Below, in pieces: positions 1 to 12,702 of a stretch of DNA of 64,000 nt. The DNA is from Callorhinchus milii (Eukaryota), in assembly GCF_018977255.1 (NCBI RefSeq), contig NW_024704742.1, positions 97,652,001 through 97,716,000 of the forward strand. The letters run 5' to 3'. Position 1 is the stretch's first letter, and each line of letters begins with the position of its first letter. The notes under the pieces are model-generated. The model was not told the DNA's origin and made no database searches. It saw only the letters and a list, made by a program, of their open reading frames with translations. The translations under genes and the position numbers were made by a program.

Positions 1-213
1 TCCCCCACACACACCCCCACACACTCCCACACACACTCCCACACTCCCACACTCCCCCCCACACACTCCTACACTCACACACCCCACACTCCCCCCACAC
101 ACTCCCCCCACACACTCCCCCACACCCCCACACACACCTCCCCCACACACTCCCCCACACACACCCCCACACACACACACACTCCCACACACACACACAC
201 ACACACACACTCC

Positions 214-250
<37 letters not shown>

Positions 251-545
251 TCCCACACTCCCACACTCCCCCCCACACACTCCTACACTCACACACCCCC
301 ACACTCCCCCCCACACACTCCCCCCCACACACTCCCCACACCCCCACACACACTCCCACACACCCTCCCCCAACACACCCTCCCCCAACACACCCTCCCC
401 CAACACACCCTCTCTCCCCCCCAACACACTCTCTCCCCCCAACACACTCTCTCTCCCTGCTCCCAACAAACCCCTCTCCTCCCACACCCCCAACCCCCAC
501 TGCGTGTACCTTCACCCACACAGCCCCCCCACACCCCCTCCCCTG
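1..545. repeat. Low-complexity C/A-rich tandem repeat ((CA)n mixed with CTCCC/CCCC) in RFK intron 1
   Basis: Almost only C and A; ACACTCCC units and CCCCAACACACCCT units. Confidence 0.95.
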
Positions 546-653
546 CACATGTGCCCCCTCCCCCCTGAACTTGCGCCCATATGCTTAGTGAACATTGTGA
601 AATCTGATATTATCAGTAATAAAATGTCACCTGTTCTTTTGCTTCCTCCACAG

Positions 654-805
654 CAAATTTCCCAGACACCGTTGTGGACAACCTGCCAGCAGACATCACT
701 ACTGGTATATACTACGGTTGGGCCAGTGTTGCAAATGGAGATGTACATAAAATGGTTATGAGCATAGGTTGGAATCCATACTATAAAAACACTAAGAAAT
801 CCATG
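654..805 (+). CDS. RFK: Riboflavin kinase, coding exon 2 (exon 1 upstream of window)
   Basis: cag|CAAATTTC...TCCATG|gtaag, 152 nt. Encodes (A)NFPDTVVDNLPADITTGIYYGWASVANGDVHKMVMSIGWNPYYKNTKKSM, with the RFK G-I-Y-Y-G-W and S-I-G-W-N-P-Y-Y motifs. Confidence 0.97.
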
Positions 806-3702
806 GTAAGTTGAATTGTTTATGGAAACGTGTAGCTATCTTTGACTTTCTGGAAGATTCTTTGTACCAATACTGAAGTGTAGACTGTTGATATATCTCC
901 TTTTTTTAGTTTTTCCTCAAAAAAAGTCTAACTTTCACTGATTGTCTTGTCCCACGAGTCATCAAAGTGTCAGTTCTTACATGAGTTCAGATCATGGATT
1001 ATCTGAAATTCACTTTCTGAACTCATACGAAAATTTGACTGGAAGGCATCATTGCAGATCTTTACATATGCATGCTTTGTGAGTGTACGTCTCTGGTTAG
1101 TGATCATTAGGGATTCCCCCTTTTCTTTCCTCTCTTCCCCCATTACCCCCAAATAAAGTACATTCTTGGAGGGCAGTTTGACTTGGCATCAAAAGGTTTT
1201 TCTATATCATTGAAACTGGCATCGAGCTTTTTGATGTCCACTCAATCAATACAACTTTTGCCTAAAATAATACTCATCATTTATAAATTAGTGAAACCAT
1301 AAGATCAGATCAGTTCCAGCTAATGAACTCTAGGATTTGGAAGAGACTTTTTGCTAGGACTTAAACTTTACGCAAGGACAGCCTGTGTTACTGCTCCTTA
1401 TTGCTATTCAGTGGCCTGTTGGAAATCAAATGTCTGTGGATAGACTTAGGTTTGTGTAATACTCTTATATACATCACTTATTTGAGGCTCTAAACTGGTG
1501 CCAGCATCTGTGGAAATTAACTTAACTAAGAGTGCACACTTTCAGGAGAGGAGGAAACTTGGGTGGAGTAGCAAAATGCTTGGTTTGAACATTTCAATAG
1601 CCATACAGTTGTATCTAGAGGCTTAGTAAGGGTTTGATAAAGCTGTATTGCAGTTATTTTTTTAGAAAATAGTATTGTTTATTTTCAGTGTCTTGAAGCT
1701 GTGAGGCTGTTTCTAGTAAACGCATTAACAACAACAAATTAAATTTGTATATTGCCTTTCTTGTTAAGAATGGAAAATGTCTAAATGTGTATGTTTTCAC
1801 AGAAAAACTCATTTTCAAGGATGAAAACACAATAGGGACTAGATTTACCCTTCTTTGTATGTACAGTATTGACTGATTTAAGGCTATTTTTTACTGTAAT
1901 CCAGATATTCCTGAATCATAGAACAGTGCTATTTAAAATACTCTAAAGCATTTCATACTAAGCAATGCTGCTCACCAGGAAGTTCCAGGAAGTAGGGAGT
2001 TCCTGGTTCCTGCTATCCAGTTAGTGAGGGCTCAAACCTGTTTGGCAGATGTCAATTGACCAGTTAGTCTCCTCCATGTGGGGAAGAGGCAGGTAAGTGG
2101 GGTCTCCTTAGACTGAACTGCTTACAAATAGCAATCTTGGCAACAATATTAAATTCAAATCGCCCTTTGCAATAATCTGCTTCCTGAACAATACCCCAAG
2201 GCATTGTTGTTGACTAACTTGACAGCTTAGTACGTGAGCAGAGGGACAGACCTATCACTGAGATCCAGCATTCTCCCCATTCGGTGCCTGTTAACCAGTA
2301 TGAGGGTACTAGGTGGACAAGCATAGTCTTGTCAGACAATGCTCTCAATGCCAAGCTATACGGTATTAGCTAATTAAACTCCAGCAGTGCTCTGGGTCTC
2401 AAGCCTTGACTCTTGCTAACTTTTGCCTAAAACACTCTGAAAATAGGTAAGCAGGGAGAGTCCTCTGGGAGAAGAAAGCGTATTCTGTTTTAGACACTGG
2501 GAAATTTCCATTCATAGGCAGCATTCATATGTGCTGTTTTGTCTGGTGTGGATACTCTTCAGCATAGTGATGGGTTTCTGCATGTACCAGACACCAACTG
2601 ACCAAAAGAAGCCTGAATCCAGAAGTAGAGTTAGATTGCTGTTTGTGGGATATTGCTGTGTGTGAATTGGTTGCCATATTTGCCAGCAACATACAGTCAA
2701 TACACTTAACAGTAATGCTGTGAAATGCTTTGACAACAGCCTCCTGTTTTGAAAGCGCTATATCAAATGCAAGTATTGCTGGCCAGTATGTTCTGCTGTC
2801 AAGCTACTACACCATTAAATTAAGAGTGTACTGATCAAGCTTTTCCTGACTTTGGAAGTATTTAGCTCAGTCCAAGTGGTAATGAGAACTGATGGATTAT
2901 AAAGAATTATTATCTTTCTTAAGAAGCTCTGGTCATTCAATTTTTTTCTGTTTTTTGAGAAAACCACAGTATTGGAAACTCCTACTTAAATAAAGATGTC
3001 CACAGCAACAATGACATCTTGCATTTATATAGTGCCCTTCATGCCAGACATTGTCTAAAATGTACAAAGTGAATTATTTCTGCATGCTGTGGTGGCATTG
3101 CACGACTGCAGTACGTTATTTTACTGGAAAGCAGAAGTTTTGTAAAGCGTATTTACAATAACATCAACAACTTGCATTTATATAGCGCCCTTCACACGGG
3201 GTAGCGTCCCGCAGTGCTTGACAATCGTGGAGTCTGATCCCAAGCCAGAGGCAGAGGGAGGGGGAAGCTGACCGTAAGCACAATCAAAAAGCAAGGTCTT
3301 TAGGCAGGATTTGAAAGTGGGGAGGGAGGGGGAAGGCTGAGGAATTGAGGGAGAGAGGTCCAGAATTTCAGGGCATAGTGACTGAAGGCACAGATGTTAT
3401 CTGTTGTGAGACAAATTTGACTAGTTCCATGCAATTTCTTACCTTAAAGAGTTTAGGGCCAAAAATTATTCACATTATTCATTTCAAATGGGGGGAAAAA
3501 ATCATCATTCAAGTTTTTTTTAAAAAAACTAATAAAACAAAATTGGAGAAGTAAGGTAAACATTGAGGCGTTGAAAATCATTTCCTGACTGAATTTAAAA
3601 TTGCATAGAATAAAGCTTAGGATGTTTGCATTTCATGCTGTGTAATTACTCTACTAAAGTTGCTCTTCCAATTTATCACTTCTTGTTTTTGTCCTTTCCT
3701 AG

Positions 3703-3805
3703 GAAACGCACATAATTCATTCTTTCAAGGAAGACTTTTATGGGGAAATTCTCAGTATAGTAATTGTTGGCTATATCCGACCTGAGAAGACATTTGAATC
3801 AGTTG
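3703..3805 (+). CDS. RFK: Riboflavin kinase, coding exon 3
   Basis: tag|GAAACG...GTTG|gtaag, 103 nt. ETHIIHSFKEDFYGEILSIVIVGYIRPEKTFESV (ETH, DFYG and RPE motifs). Confidence 0.97.
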
Positions 3806-3928
3806 GTAAGATTTAAATTATTGTACATCTTTCTAGAAATCGTATAGGTGTGTTTCTGGGAGTGGGGGGGGACACAAGATGGAGTGAAGAAACAAAGCAT
3901 CATTGGAAAAAAGCCTCAAGGGAGGGCT

Positions 3929-4028
3929 GAAACAAAAACAGGGAGCTGGGAAAACTCAGCAGGTCAGGCAGCATCTATGGAGAAAGGAAAGTGAGTCAAC
4001 GTTTCGGGTCCATGATCCTTCATCAGAA
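3929..4028 (-). mobile_element. Short Penelope-like element terminal fragment with 14-bp TSD
   Basis: CTCAAGGGAGGGCT at 3915-3928 and 4029-4042; internal ctcagcaggtcaggcagcatct motif and a hammerhead core. Confidence 0.75.
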
Positions 4029-4032
4029 CTCA
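3992..4032 (-). ncRNA. Minimal type I hammerhead ribozyme motif
   Basis: Minus strand UGAGUU-CUGAUGA-A-GGAUC-AUG-GACCC-GAAA-CG-UU-GACUCA: complete core, 6-bp stem I, stem II with one mismatch, palindromic stem III. Confidence 0.7.
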
Positions 4033-4129
4033 AGGGAGGGCTATTGGAAAGATAGGAAACATCAGGGAGCTAACAGGGAATAGATCAAAAGTTGGAGGGA
4101 TTATAAAGAAACCCAAAAGGTCAGAGATG

Positions 4130-4890
4130 GATTTAAGGTGTAAGTATATTCACAAAGTATGAGTAAAAATGGCAATCAGAGACACAATTGCAAAGGAGTG
4201 TGGTATTTGTAGCATTATCAGAGACCTAGTTTAAATCGAGACCCGATTGACAACTTAATGTTTCTGATCAGCACATGTAAAAAAAGATCAAAAGGGGAGG
4301 GGGTGTATCATCGTTAATCAAAGATTCCATTGTAGCACAGCACTGTAATAATGATGAAAGGGTTGGTGAAAAGATTGAATTTATCTGTATAGAGGTAAGA
4401 AATAAGAAGGGAAGTATTACTCTAATGGTAAAATTATTACAGACCACGAATAGTAGAAATGAGAGAGGAAAGGATCTGTAGACAAATTTTGGAGATGTGC
4501 AGAAATAACAGTGTCTTAATAATTGGTGACCTCAGTTATTCTAAGATAAACTGGGTCAAGATAATGTGAGGTACCGTGTGAGTTTTTTCTACAAGTATAC
4601 AGAAATATTTTCTTAAATAGTATGTCTCCACGCCAACAAGGGAGAAAGCAGTTCTTAATCTTGTTCTAGGAAATTAAGAGTATAAGTGAGTTGGCAGTCA
4701 ATAACCACAATATTATTAGATTTGGTGTAAAAAGGAGGAGAAAAATTTGAAAAAAACATTGGAATGTGGAATGCCCTGCTGGGAGCAGCAGTCGAGACAG
4801 GATCGCTATCAGATTTCAGAAGAGGACCAGATAGATATTTAAAAATGAGTAATTTGTGGGGGGATGGGAAAAGGTCAGGTGAATGGGACT
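4130..4890 (+). mobile_element. Degenerate CR1 LINE (endonuclease remnant joined to a 3' end)
   Basis: Remnants resembling YYRP and IIGD..Y.KINW motifs, followed by the CR1 3' segment ggaatgtggaatgccctgc...gatagatattt. Confidence 0.65.
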
Positions 4891-5265
4891 TTTTCTCTTT
4901 TCTCACCCTTTTGGGGTTATTTTATTGAAATCTGAAATTCAGTGCCTGAAGATCCCAGAGTGTCTTTTAGTGCTACTTGAGACTAGAGGCACATATTTCT
5001 AATGGTGAATAATGCTTCTCTTGTTGGTTGTCATGTGCTTATTTTGTGATTTCACCAATATAAAACCATTCTTTGGTGAGGCCAATGGCTTAGCAATCTG
5101 GATTTTATGTACCTTTAGAATGAAAATGCTAAAGTGAGATATTGTTTTATAACTTAAATTAGATATGAATACAATCATGATGCTCCTGTTTTGGGACCAA
5201 GTTGTGTTGCTGGAAAACATGTGTGCCTTTATTGCACCCAGGTGTTCGTTTTCTATTTATACAAA

Positions 5266-5640
5266 ATAATGATCCTTGCATTTGATACAGCGCCTTTCGC
5301 ATTGGGCAGACATCTCAAAGGCTTCACAGAATTTACTCATGTCTTGTAGGCAAGCATCGCAGACAATTTACACATCAATATCCCATACAATCATGAAGTG
5401 AATACCCAATTCTATGGGGTATTAATTGTAAGGATACCAGGGGAAACTTCCTTCTTTTCACATAGTCTTACGGAATCTTTAACTACCACCTGAACAGGAA
5501 GATAGGACCTAGATTTAACGTCTCATCCAATTGACAGCAATGCAGTGTACCAGCACTGTTTTGGAGTATCTGCCTAGAATATGATTTCAAAGTCCCAATA
5601 TGGGGCTTGTATCAACACCTTCTGACTCGGAGGTGAGTTG
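5266..5640 (-). mobile_element. Old Deu-domain SINE
   Basis: Tail aataatgatccttgcatttgatacagcgcc plus body motif cacctgaacagg...tttaacgtctcatcc. Confidence 0.65.
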
Positions 5641-8600
5641 CTCATGAAAATCCATTGCCATGCTTGAGAGAATCAAACCAGATTAAGAATTCCACATATG
5701 CATGCCACCAATATTTGGGAATTTTCCTTTGGAATGCAGTGTGCCCTCTTTCTCCAGAGGGTTTCCCCTGCTTTCTTAATTATGGAACGTATTATGCACA
5801 CATTGACAAAATCCAGTGCTTGTTGACTCCGGAGGATATGGCATAAGAACACATGAAATGCCAGACGAAGAAAAGTTTAATTTGATTGCCTTCTACCTAC
5901 CTGTCGGTCGCATGCATATATGTCCTGAACTATCTGTACTGTATCCCATAATGTTATTTCCTAAAAGAAAACTATCTAATCTGTGTTTGAAGGAATCAAC
6001 ACTTCCTGCTTAAACCATGAGAGCCTGTTCCACAGATTTACTATTCGCTCACTGAAATAGTGTTTCCATAGATTCATTCTGAATTTCCTGGGGAATTGCT
6101 GGATTTTAACCATCTAATACCACAAAACTTGCCCTTGTAAATGCTGTCTGTCAACGTCCTGCTGCGTATCCAGCTAAGTCCACTCTGCCTGTTAGGACTT
6201 TGGCTTGCAGGGTTAATGGGACCCCAATATGAAGAATCTTTGCCTCCAGTAACTGGTTTGTCCTTTCTAGTTGGTGCTAATGACTGACGCTGCTTGATCT
6301 TCACCAGCAGAGCCTTGAAGTACTGAGGACCCGCCCCATTCAGGAACCGGATTACTAGCACTCGAGGATCAACTAGTTAATAGTTAATTGCCAGGAACAT
6401 TGGAACCAACCCAGGCTCAAGGAAATACCTGTTTCCCCTACCCCAAGGATAGACAGTTGGCAATAACTTCTGTAAACTGTTCTTGTAAAACAATTAATAT
6501 TGTTCCTCATATAGGATTACATGATTACATGATACTGTTTCAAGATATGTATATATTTTTTCGTCTACCTTAATTTTTATAATTTTAATAGCGCCATCAA
6601 GGTTTCCTAAATCTTCAGACTATTGACCTAGAAATTTCCCCGACTGTTGACAGTCCCCTTTCTCTTTTGCAATTCCTGTTGCTTGCTCAGAATTTGAGCT
6701 AAATGATTTTAGGAATGTTTGAAGGGCAGAAAGTTCTCGCTTCCTTACCCAGAGTTACCTCTGGTTTAGGATTAGTTGCATTCTCTGCTCATTTTTGTGG
6801 ATCAAAAGTTGCTTTTAATTTAATTGTGAATTTCTTGATACTGTCATTACTGCTGTACTTCCTTCATGACCAGTGATTTAAGCGGGCAAGTTAGATATTT
6901 CTGTTCTGACTTCAATTAGTTCTTCTTCCATCTAAAGGAACAAAGTGAGGGGAAATCTTTTTGGAAAAAATTCAAGTCCAATAACCTTTAATTTCTACTT
7001 GGTAATCATTTTGTTCTCCGATTGAATGATATGTATTTGAAAGCGGTAGAATCGGATATTTCCACTTTCGATGTTTCAGTGCTATCTAAGAACTATTAGT
7101 CATGTGATTTACACTTTCCCATTCCCCCAAATATGGCCTCTCATGCTTGACCATTTTATTTTTAAACCTCTCAGTGACTAGTTAATTATTTCAGCACATC
7201 TGGGCAAAAGTCATCTTTGTTAATTTCAATGTGTCCTGTTCCAGGTTTGTTTCTGAACTATCATTTTGCTCATTTGTTTGTGAAACTTGTATTTTGTACT
7301 TTTTTTTACTATCAACATAGTCGTAGAGTGCTTATATTTTCAGACTCAAATCTGGCTTTCAATACCCTGTCAACATTTATATCAGGTTTATTCAGATCCT
7401 CAATTAGTCAATAATGCTTGTAGGGGTTTTCAGCATTTCTGCTTCTTGCATGTGATCTGTACTTCTTATTCCTTTCAGTTTCGGAAATCCATTGAACACT
7501 TTTACATAGTTTTACGATATTGCACAATTTCTGTGTTTTAGATTTGAGAAACAGAATTCATCATGAACAAATGAGTTCGCTAGAAGCAGATCCAAGACTC
7601 CTTGTGCCTTCTTGTCCCCCTTGACTTCTTAGATATTAACACTTAAATCAAAATGTTTTAATCATTATATGGGCATTAACAAATTCTTGCCTATTTGTGA
7701 ACCATAAATTGTGAATCAGGAAACTGAACTTTGAAAAATTCAACTACTCTTGTATGAAATCATCAAATTGAAATACAAGCCAAAGACTGGCCTACTGTTC
7801 ATCACGGGACTTTCATGGCATAGCAATGATAACTTCACACCAAGAAAATAATGTGACTTGTTTAATGATTTGCTCTTATTTCCAGACACAGCCCAGGGCA
7901 GTGTCCAATGCCTAGGTAAGAATCCTGTAAAATTCTGTGGGAACCAGTGGGAAAGATGGTGCCAAAAGATTGATAGCTGAAGCTCCATTTATGTCAGTTG
8001 TGTAAAGTTCCATGCTTCAGCCTTGAGTCCATTTGGGGCAGCAGAATAAGCTGACAACACAGTAGTCCTATCCAACCACTCAGTAAATAGAAAGGGAACA
8101 TACTGTCTTCTAGAAAGATAGATATTTAGTCCATTGTTTTTCTTTTTCTCGGTTGAACTTTTTTCCTTCAATATATTCATTTGGAGTCCTGTTATAACAT
8201 GATAGTTGGAGGTCCATACATTTCCAACCAGCTCCACAACAGAACACTATCGGCGGTCACATCTGCAGTCGCTGCAAATGCATTCAGAAAGCTGACTGGT
8301 TTCAAAATGAGTCGCTCCACTGTCCGTGGCAACCAGGAAGGCAGCCATTATTAGCAGAGGAAAGCCAGCTAGCACTTGTAAAGTATAGCTTGACCTCCAC
8401 CTACAGTATTTTTCATTAGACCTGGTGCACTTGGTGCTTCCTATTTTTATGTATTTATCCATTATATCAGCTCAGTGCTTTCTATCCTCGTCTCCTGAGT
8501 TATTGCCTTCCAGGATGAGCTCCGCTCAGTTGGTACACTCTCACCTCTGCATCAGAAGGTTGTGTGCTCAAGCTCCACATTAGGATTCGGCTGCCACTTG

Positions 8601-8875
8601 CCTACAAATATACAGTAGCAGTATTTAGAAGCAATTGCCTCTGAAGCATTTTGAGATTTTAACATAAAAATAAATTCAATATTGTAATGCAGAACTAATA
8701 CTTCAATGCTGTATTTGCATCCAACTTGCAATGTTTAGTTGTTTTTCTTTTCCTTCTCAGTTTGACTCTTATTTCCATCTGTTCTCAAAATATGAGGGAA
8801 AACTACATTTACGTAGGCAGATCTGGATGTTGGCCATTTATTTAGCTCCCTGCTTATAATATTCTGTGTTAGCCT

Positions 8876-9224
8876 TCGTTCACCGTCCCCTCCGTTCCTC
8901 TGGCTCCGGTCTGCTCCACATCCCCCTCCCTAACGGCCCTACCATCGGTGGCCGGGCCTTCAGCCTCTCAGCCCCCAGGCTCTGGAACTCCATCCCCCAG
9001 TGCCTTCGCCGCCTCCCCTTTCCTCCTTCAAGGCCGGTCTCAAGACCTTTCTCTTTGACCGTGCCTTCAGCTCCCCTCTCGACTCTCTAACCCCTCCTCG
9101 CTCTCTCCCTTCCCTCCCCCCTGACCATTTCCCCCCTGCTCGGGTCCTGACCCAACTGTCCAGCGCCTTGGGACGTCCTCCTGACGTGAAAGGTGCCCTA
9201 TAAATGAAATCTTGTTGTTGTTGT
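8876..9224 (+). mobile_element. 5'-truncated young L2 LINE with (TTG)n tail and TSD TGTTAGCCT
   Basis: Near-identical to 45342-45729; TGTTAGCCT at 8867-8875 and 9225-9233. Confidence 0.9.
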
Positions 9225-10047
9225 TGTTAGCCTGTCTCATTCCTATCTTTGAGTCAGAAGGGTTGAAGCCCCATGTTGGGATTTGTATCCCACATAGTCT
9301 TGCTGACACTCCAGTGAAGTGCTAGGGATCTGCTGCATAATTGAAGGTGCTGTCCCTGAGATGAGATGTTAAACTAAGAGTGCCTGTCCAGGTAGATTTC
9401 AGCAACATTGAACTCAAAATTCCAGGAGACAAACACTGAAATAAGTATTGTCAGTTTAAGTTTTTTTTTGTACTGGGTCAGTTGTGCATTGATATTCAGG
9501 AGATATATTTCTTCCCTAAAAACTTCCAGTAATGGAAGTGGCACAAATAATCCCAGCATCATGTGAGGGACCCTCTGACAGCCTAGTTTGTGAGATTAGC
9601 AAACTTGTCATGTAGTACTATTCAATGGGGAGCATAAAGTGATTCAATCTATCCTGTAACAAGCAAATTATTTAAATCTAGGAATTTTCTGGGACCTTCA
9701 GAAACCATGCTATCCAGCTACATCTCTTTTAGCCTGCGTATTGCATCACAAAGTTGTCTGTTCAGGTGGTTGTTAAAGATACCATGGCATTAGTCAGAAA
9801 GAGAATGGAGTTTCTCCCGCTGTCCTGGCCAACAATCCCCAAAGTAAATTTAGATATTTGTTTCATGGCTGTTTGTGGGATAGGGGCTATACAAATGTAA
9901 TTTGGTTGTTTTTGTATGCCTACAAATTCAGTCACCACTTTATAGTAAATCCTGCAAAGAGCTTTGGGACATCCCCCTGCTGTGAAAGGTGCTTTACCAA
10001 ATACAAGTATTTCTTTAGAAATGTGCCTACTTTCTCTGAGGAAAGTA

Positions 10048-10946
10048 CATAAGAACATAAGAATTAGGAGCAGGAGTAGGCCATTTGGCCCCTCGAGCCT
10101 GCGCCACCATTGAATAAAATCATGGCTGATCTATTCTAACTCCACCTATCCGCCTTATCCCCATATCCCTTTATCCACAAGAAATCTATCAATCTCAGTC
10201 TTGAATATGTTCAAGGACTGAGCATCTACAGCCCTTTGGGGTAGAAAATTCCATAAATTCACTACCCTCTGAGTGAAGAAGTTTTTTCTCAACTCAGTGT
10301 GAAAGGGTTTACCCCTAATCTTAAAACTGTGACCCCTTATAATTTCTCCAACCAGGGGAAAAAGTCTCCCACTATCTATTCTGTCGTGCCCCTTAATAAT
10401 CTTATAGGTTTCTATAAGATCACCTCTAATTCTTCTATATTCTAGAGAATATAGGCCTAAATTGCTCAACCTATCCTCATAACTCATCCACCTCATCCCT
10501 GGTACCAACCTAGTGAACCGACGTTGTACCCCCTCCAAGGCGAGTACATCCTTTCTTAAATAAGGAGACCAAAACTGCACACAATACTCTAGGTGCGGTC
10601 TCACCAGGGCCCTGTACAGTTGCAGCAAGACTTACCTACTCTTATATTCTAACCCTTTTGTAACAAATGCCAACATACTGTTAGCCTTCCTAATTGCTTG
10701 CTGTACCTGCAAACCAACCTTTTGTGACTGGTGTACAAGGACATCCAAGTCCCTCTGAACGCTAACACTATCTAGTCTCTCCCCTTCTAAAAAATAATCT
10801 ACTATTTTTGCCACCTCGGTGGATGACTTCACACTTTGCTACATTCTACTTCATCTGCCACCTATTTGCCCACTCACCCAGCCTCTCTATCTCGTTACTA
10901 ATATCATTCTCAGTGTTTACTCTCCCTCCTAGTTTAGTGTCATAGT
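10048..10946 (-). mobile_element. 5'-truncated CR1 LINE (RT C-terminus and 3'UTR)
   Basis: ORF LYRALVRPHLEYCVQFWSP...RGDLIETYKI; ACATAAGA-type tail; possible TSD GAAAGTA at 10041 and 10947. Confidence 0.92.
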
Positions 10947-11772
10947 GAAAGTAGGTACAGGTAGAATCTTCATATTCTTTATCAGGTGTTGGATTACGAT
11001 TCAGTATGATTTCACAAGTTTAGCACATGGCAGGATATGGCGTGACAACTGAGCACTGTGACCACTACCAGCCAAGTGACCACATATCTCGAAGGGAATT
11101 CTTGACTTGTACATGAGAATGAAATATACTTTCTAACAGGAAGGCCATCAGATCTAAAAACTAGGATTTGAAAGATTTGCTGTTCAGGCTATTTTGAAGA
11201 GTTGTTTTTACATCAACAGCATATCTACTGCTGGTCTTTACTGGAAGCCAAGGAGCATTTTAAAAAATATATAGATCAGTTATTTAGAACGATTAGCAAA
11301 TAAACTGGGAACTGGTGTATGTTGTAAATTTGAATGTTTCATTAAGAGAAAGATCCATTGATAGAATAATGCACTGGTAGTTCCAATTTCTTAATTTGCA
11401 GCAATAGGTTCTCAAAGCCTTGAGAGGGGGTCTCTTAATGTTAACTCCAGGGGAAGATCAGATAAGGAGTTGCACCTCATTGAACATAGAACCAGCTATT
11501 GCTGAAACAATAATTGTGGCTAAAGGCTGAAATAGCTGTAAATTAATGAAAGCTAATTAATGTTGTTACAGTGATCAGTTTCTTTGTGCCACAAATAAAT
11601 TTGGAATTTCTCTAGGATTTACTTGAATCCCCAAATCCCATCTAACCCCACTAAATGTTTGATGGAATTTTCAGTCCATGGTAGATGTTTATCCCCTAAA
11701 AGGCTGTGGATACAGGATCCATTCACATTTTCAAGACTGAGGTGGATAGTGATATGGGGCGAGGTTGGGTAA

Positions 11773-12188
11773 TTCCCATCACACAGAGGATACAGTTCAG
11801 GATCCTGGTCCTCACCCTCAGAGCCCTCCATGGTCTTGATCCCCCCCCTACCTCTGCGACCTCCTAACCCCCTACCATCTTGCTCACTTCATCCGCTCAG
11901 CAGGCTCCGGCCTGCTTGAAGTCCCCTGCCTCGCCCGTCCTACTATTGGAGGACGAGCCTTCTCCGCCACTCTGCCCCCACCCTCTGGAACTCCATCCCG
12001 CACTCCCTTCGCTTTGCCCCCTCCCATGCCATCTTCAAGACCCTCCTCTTCGACCGTGCTTTCGATCTCCCTGCTTCCCACCCCCCCTCCACCCTCCCTT
12101 CAGCTTGGGTCCGTAACTCTGTCTCAGTGCCTTGGGACATCCTCCTGACGTGAAAGGCGCTTTACAAATGTAATTTTGTTGTTGTTGT
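11773..12188 (+). mobile_element. L2 3' fragment, preceded by a short CR1 3' piece at about 11695-11770
   Basis: ITQRIQFRILVLT coding remnant and the gggacatcctcctgacgtgaaaggcgc...(TTG)n tail. Confidence 0.85.
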
Positions 12189-12571
12189 AATTGCTCCAAA
12201 GTAAAACGTTGAGGTCTTGGGCCTTATAGAAAGAAATGTAGCTATAATTTTTATCTAAGCAGAGCTAGAGAGAAGCATTTAGTGACTTGTACGTTTTTAT
12301 CCTGGGTGTGATCTATGTCATTGGGTATGTCATTGCATACGTGATTAACTAAAAGTGCTCTTTTGCTCTTTCATCCTTGCAAGTATGATGCGCCTGACTG
12401 GAGGGATTTTAGTACGGTTCTTTTATTGTGCATGCCTCTGTAGCTTTGGATATTCAAAATCTCCCTTGCTTTAGTTTGTTTATAATAGAAACAAATTTAC
12501 TTAACACAATGCATTTTAAGATTTTTCATTTTGTTGCCAGTTCACCGAGTTTCATTTTCACTTCATTTCAG

Positions 12572-12702
12572 ATGCACTGATTACTGCCATTTACAGTGAC
12601 ATTTCTGAGGCAAAAGAAAAACTAGATCTGCCAGAATATCGAAGTATCAAGGACGACAACTTTTTCCGATCACTTGAGAACAATATAATGAATGGCCATT
12701 GA
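12572..12702 (+). CDS. RFK: Riboflavin kinase, terminal coding exon 4
   Basis: cag|ATGCACTG...CAT TGA. (D)ALITAIYSDISEAKEKLDLPEYRSIKDDNFFRSLENNIMNGH*; the phase matches exon 3 and the IMNGH C-terminus is as in vertebrate RFK. Confidence 0.97.

Noticed and set aside
75..548. 157-aa Cys/Val/Gly ORF and overlapping ORFs
   Set aside because: Translation of a low-complexity CA/C repeat
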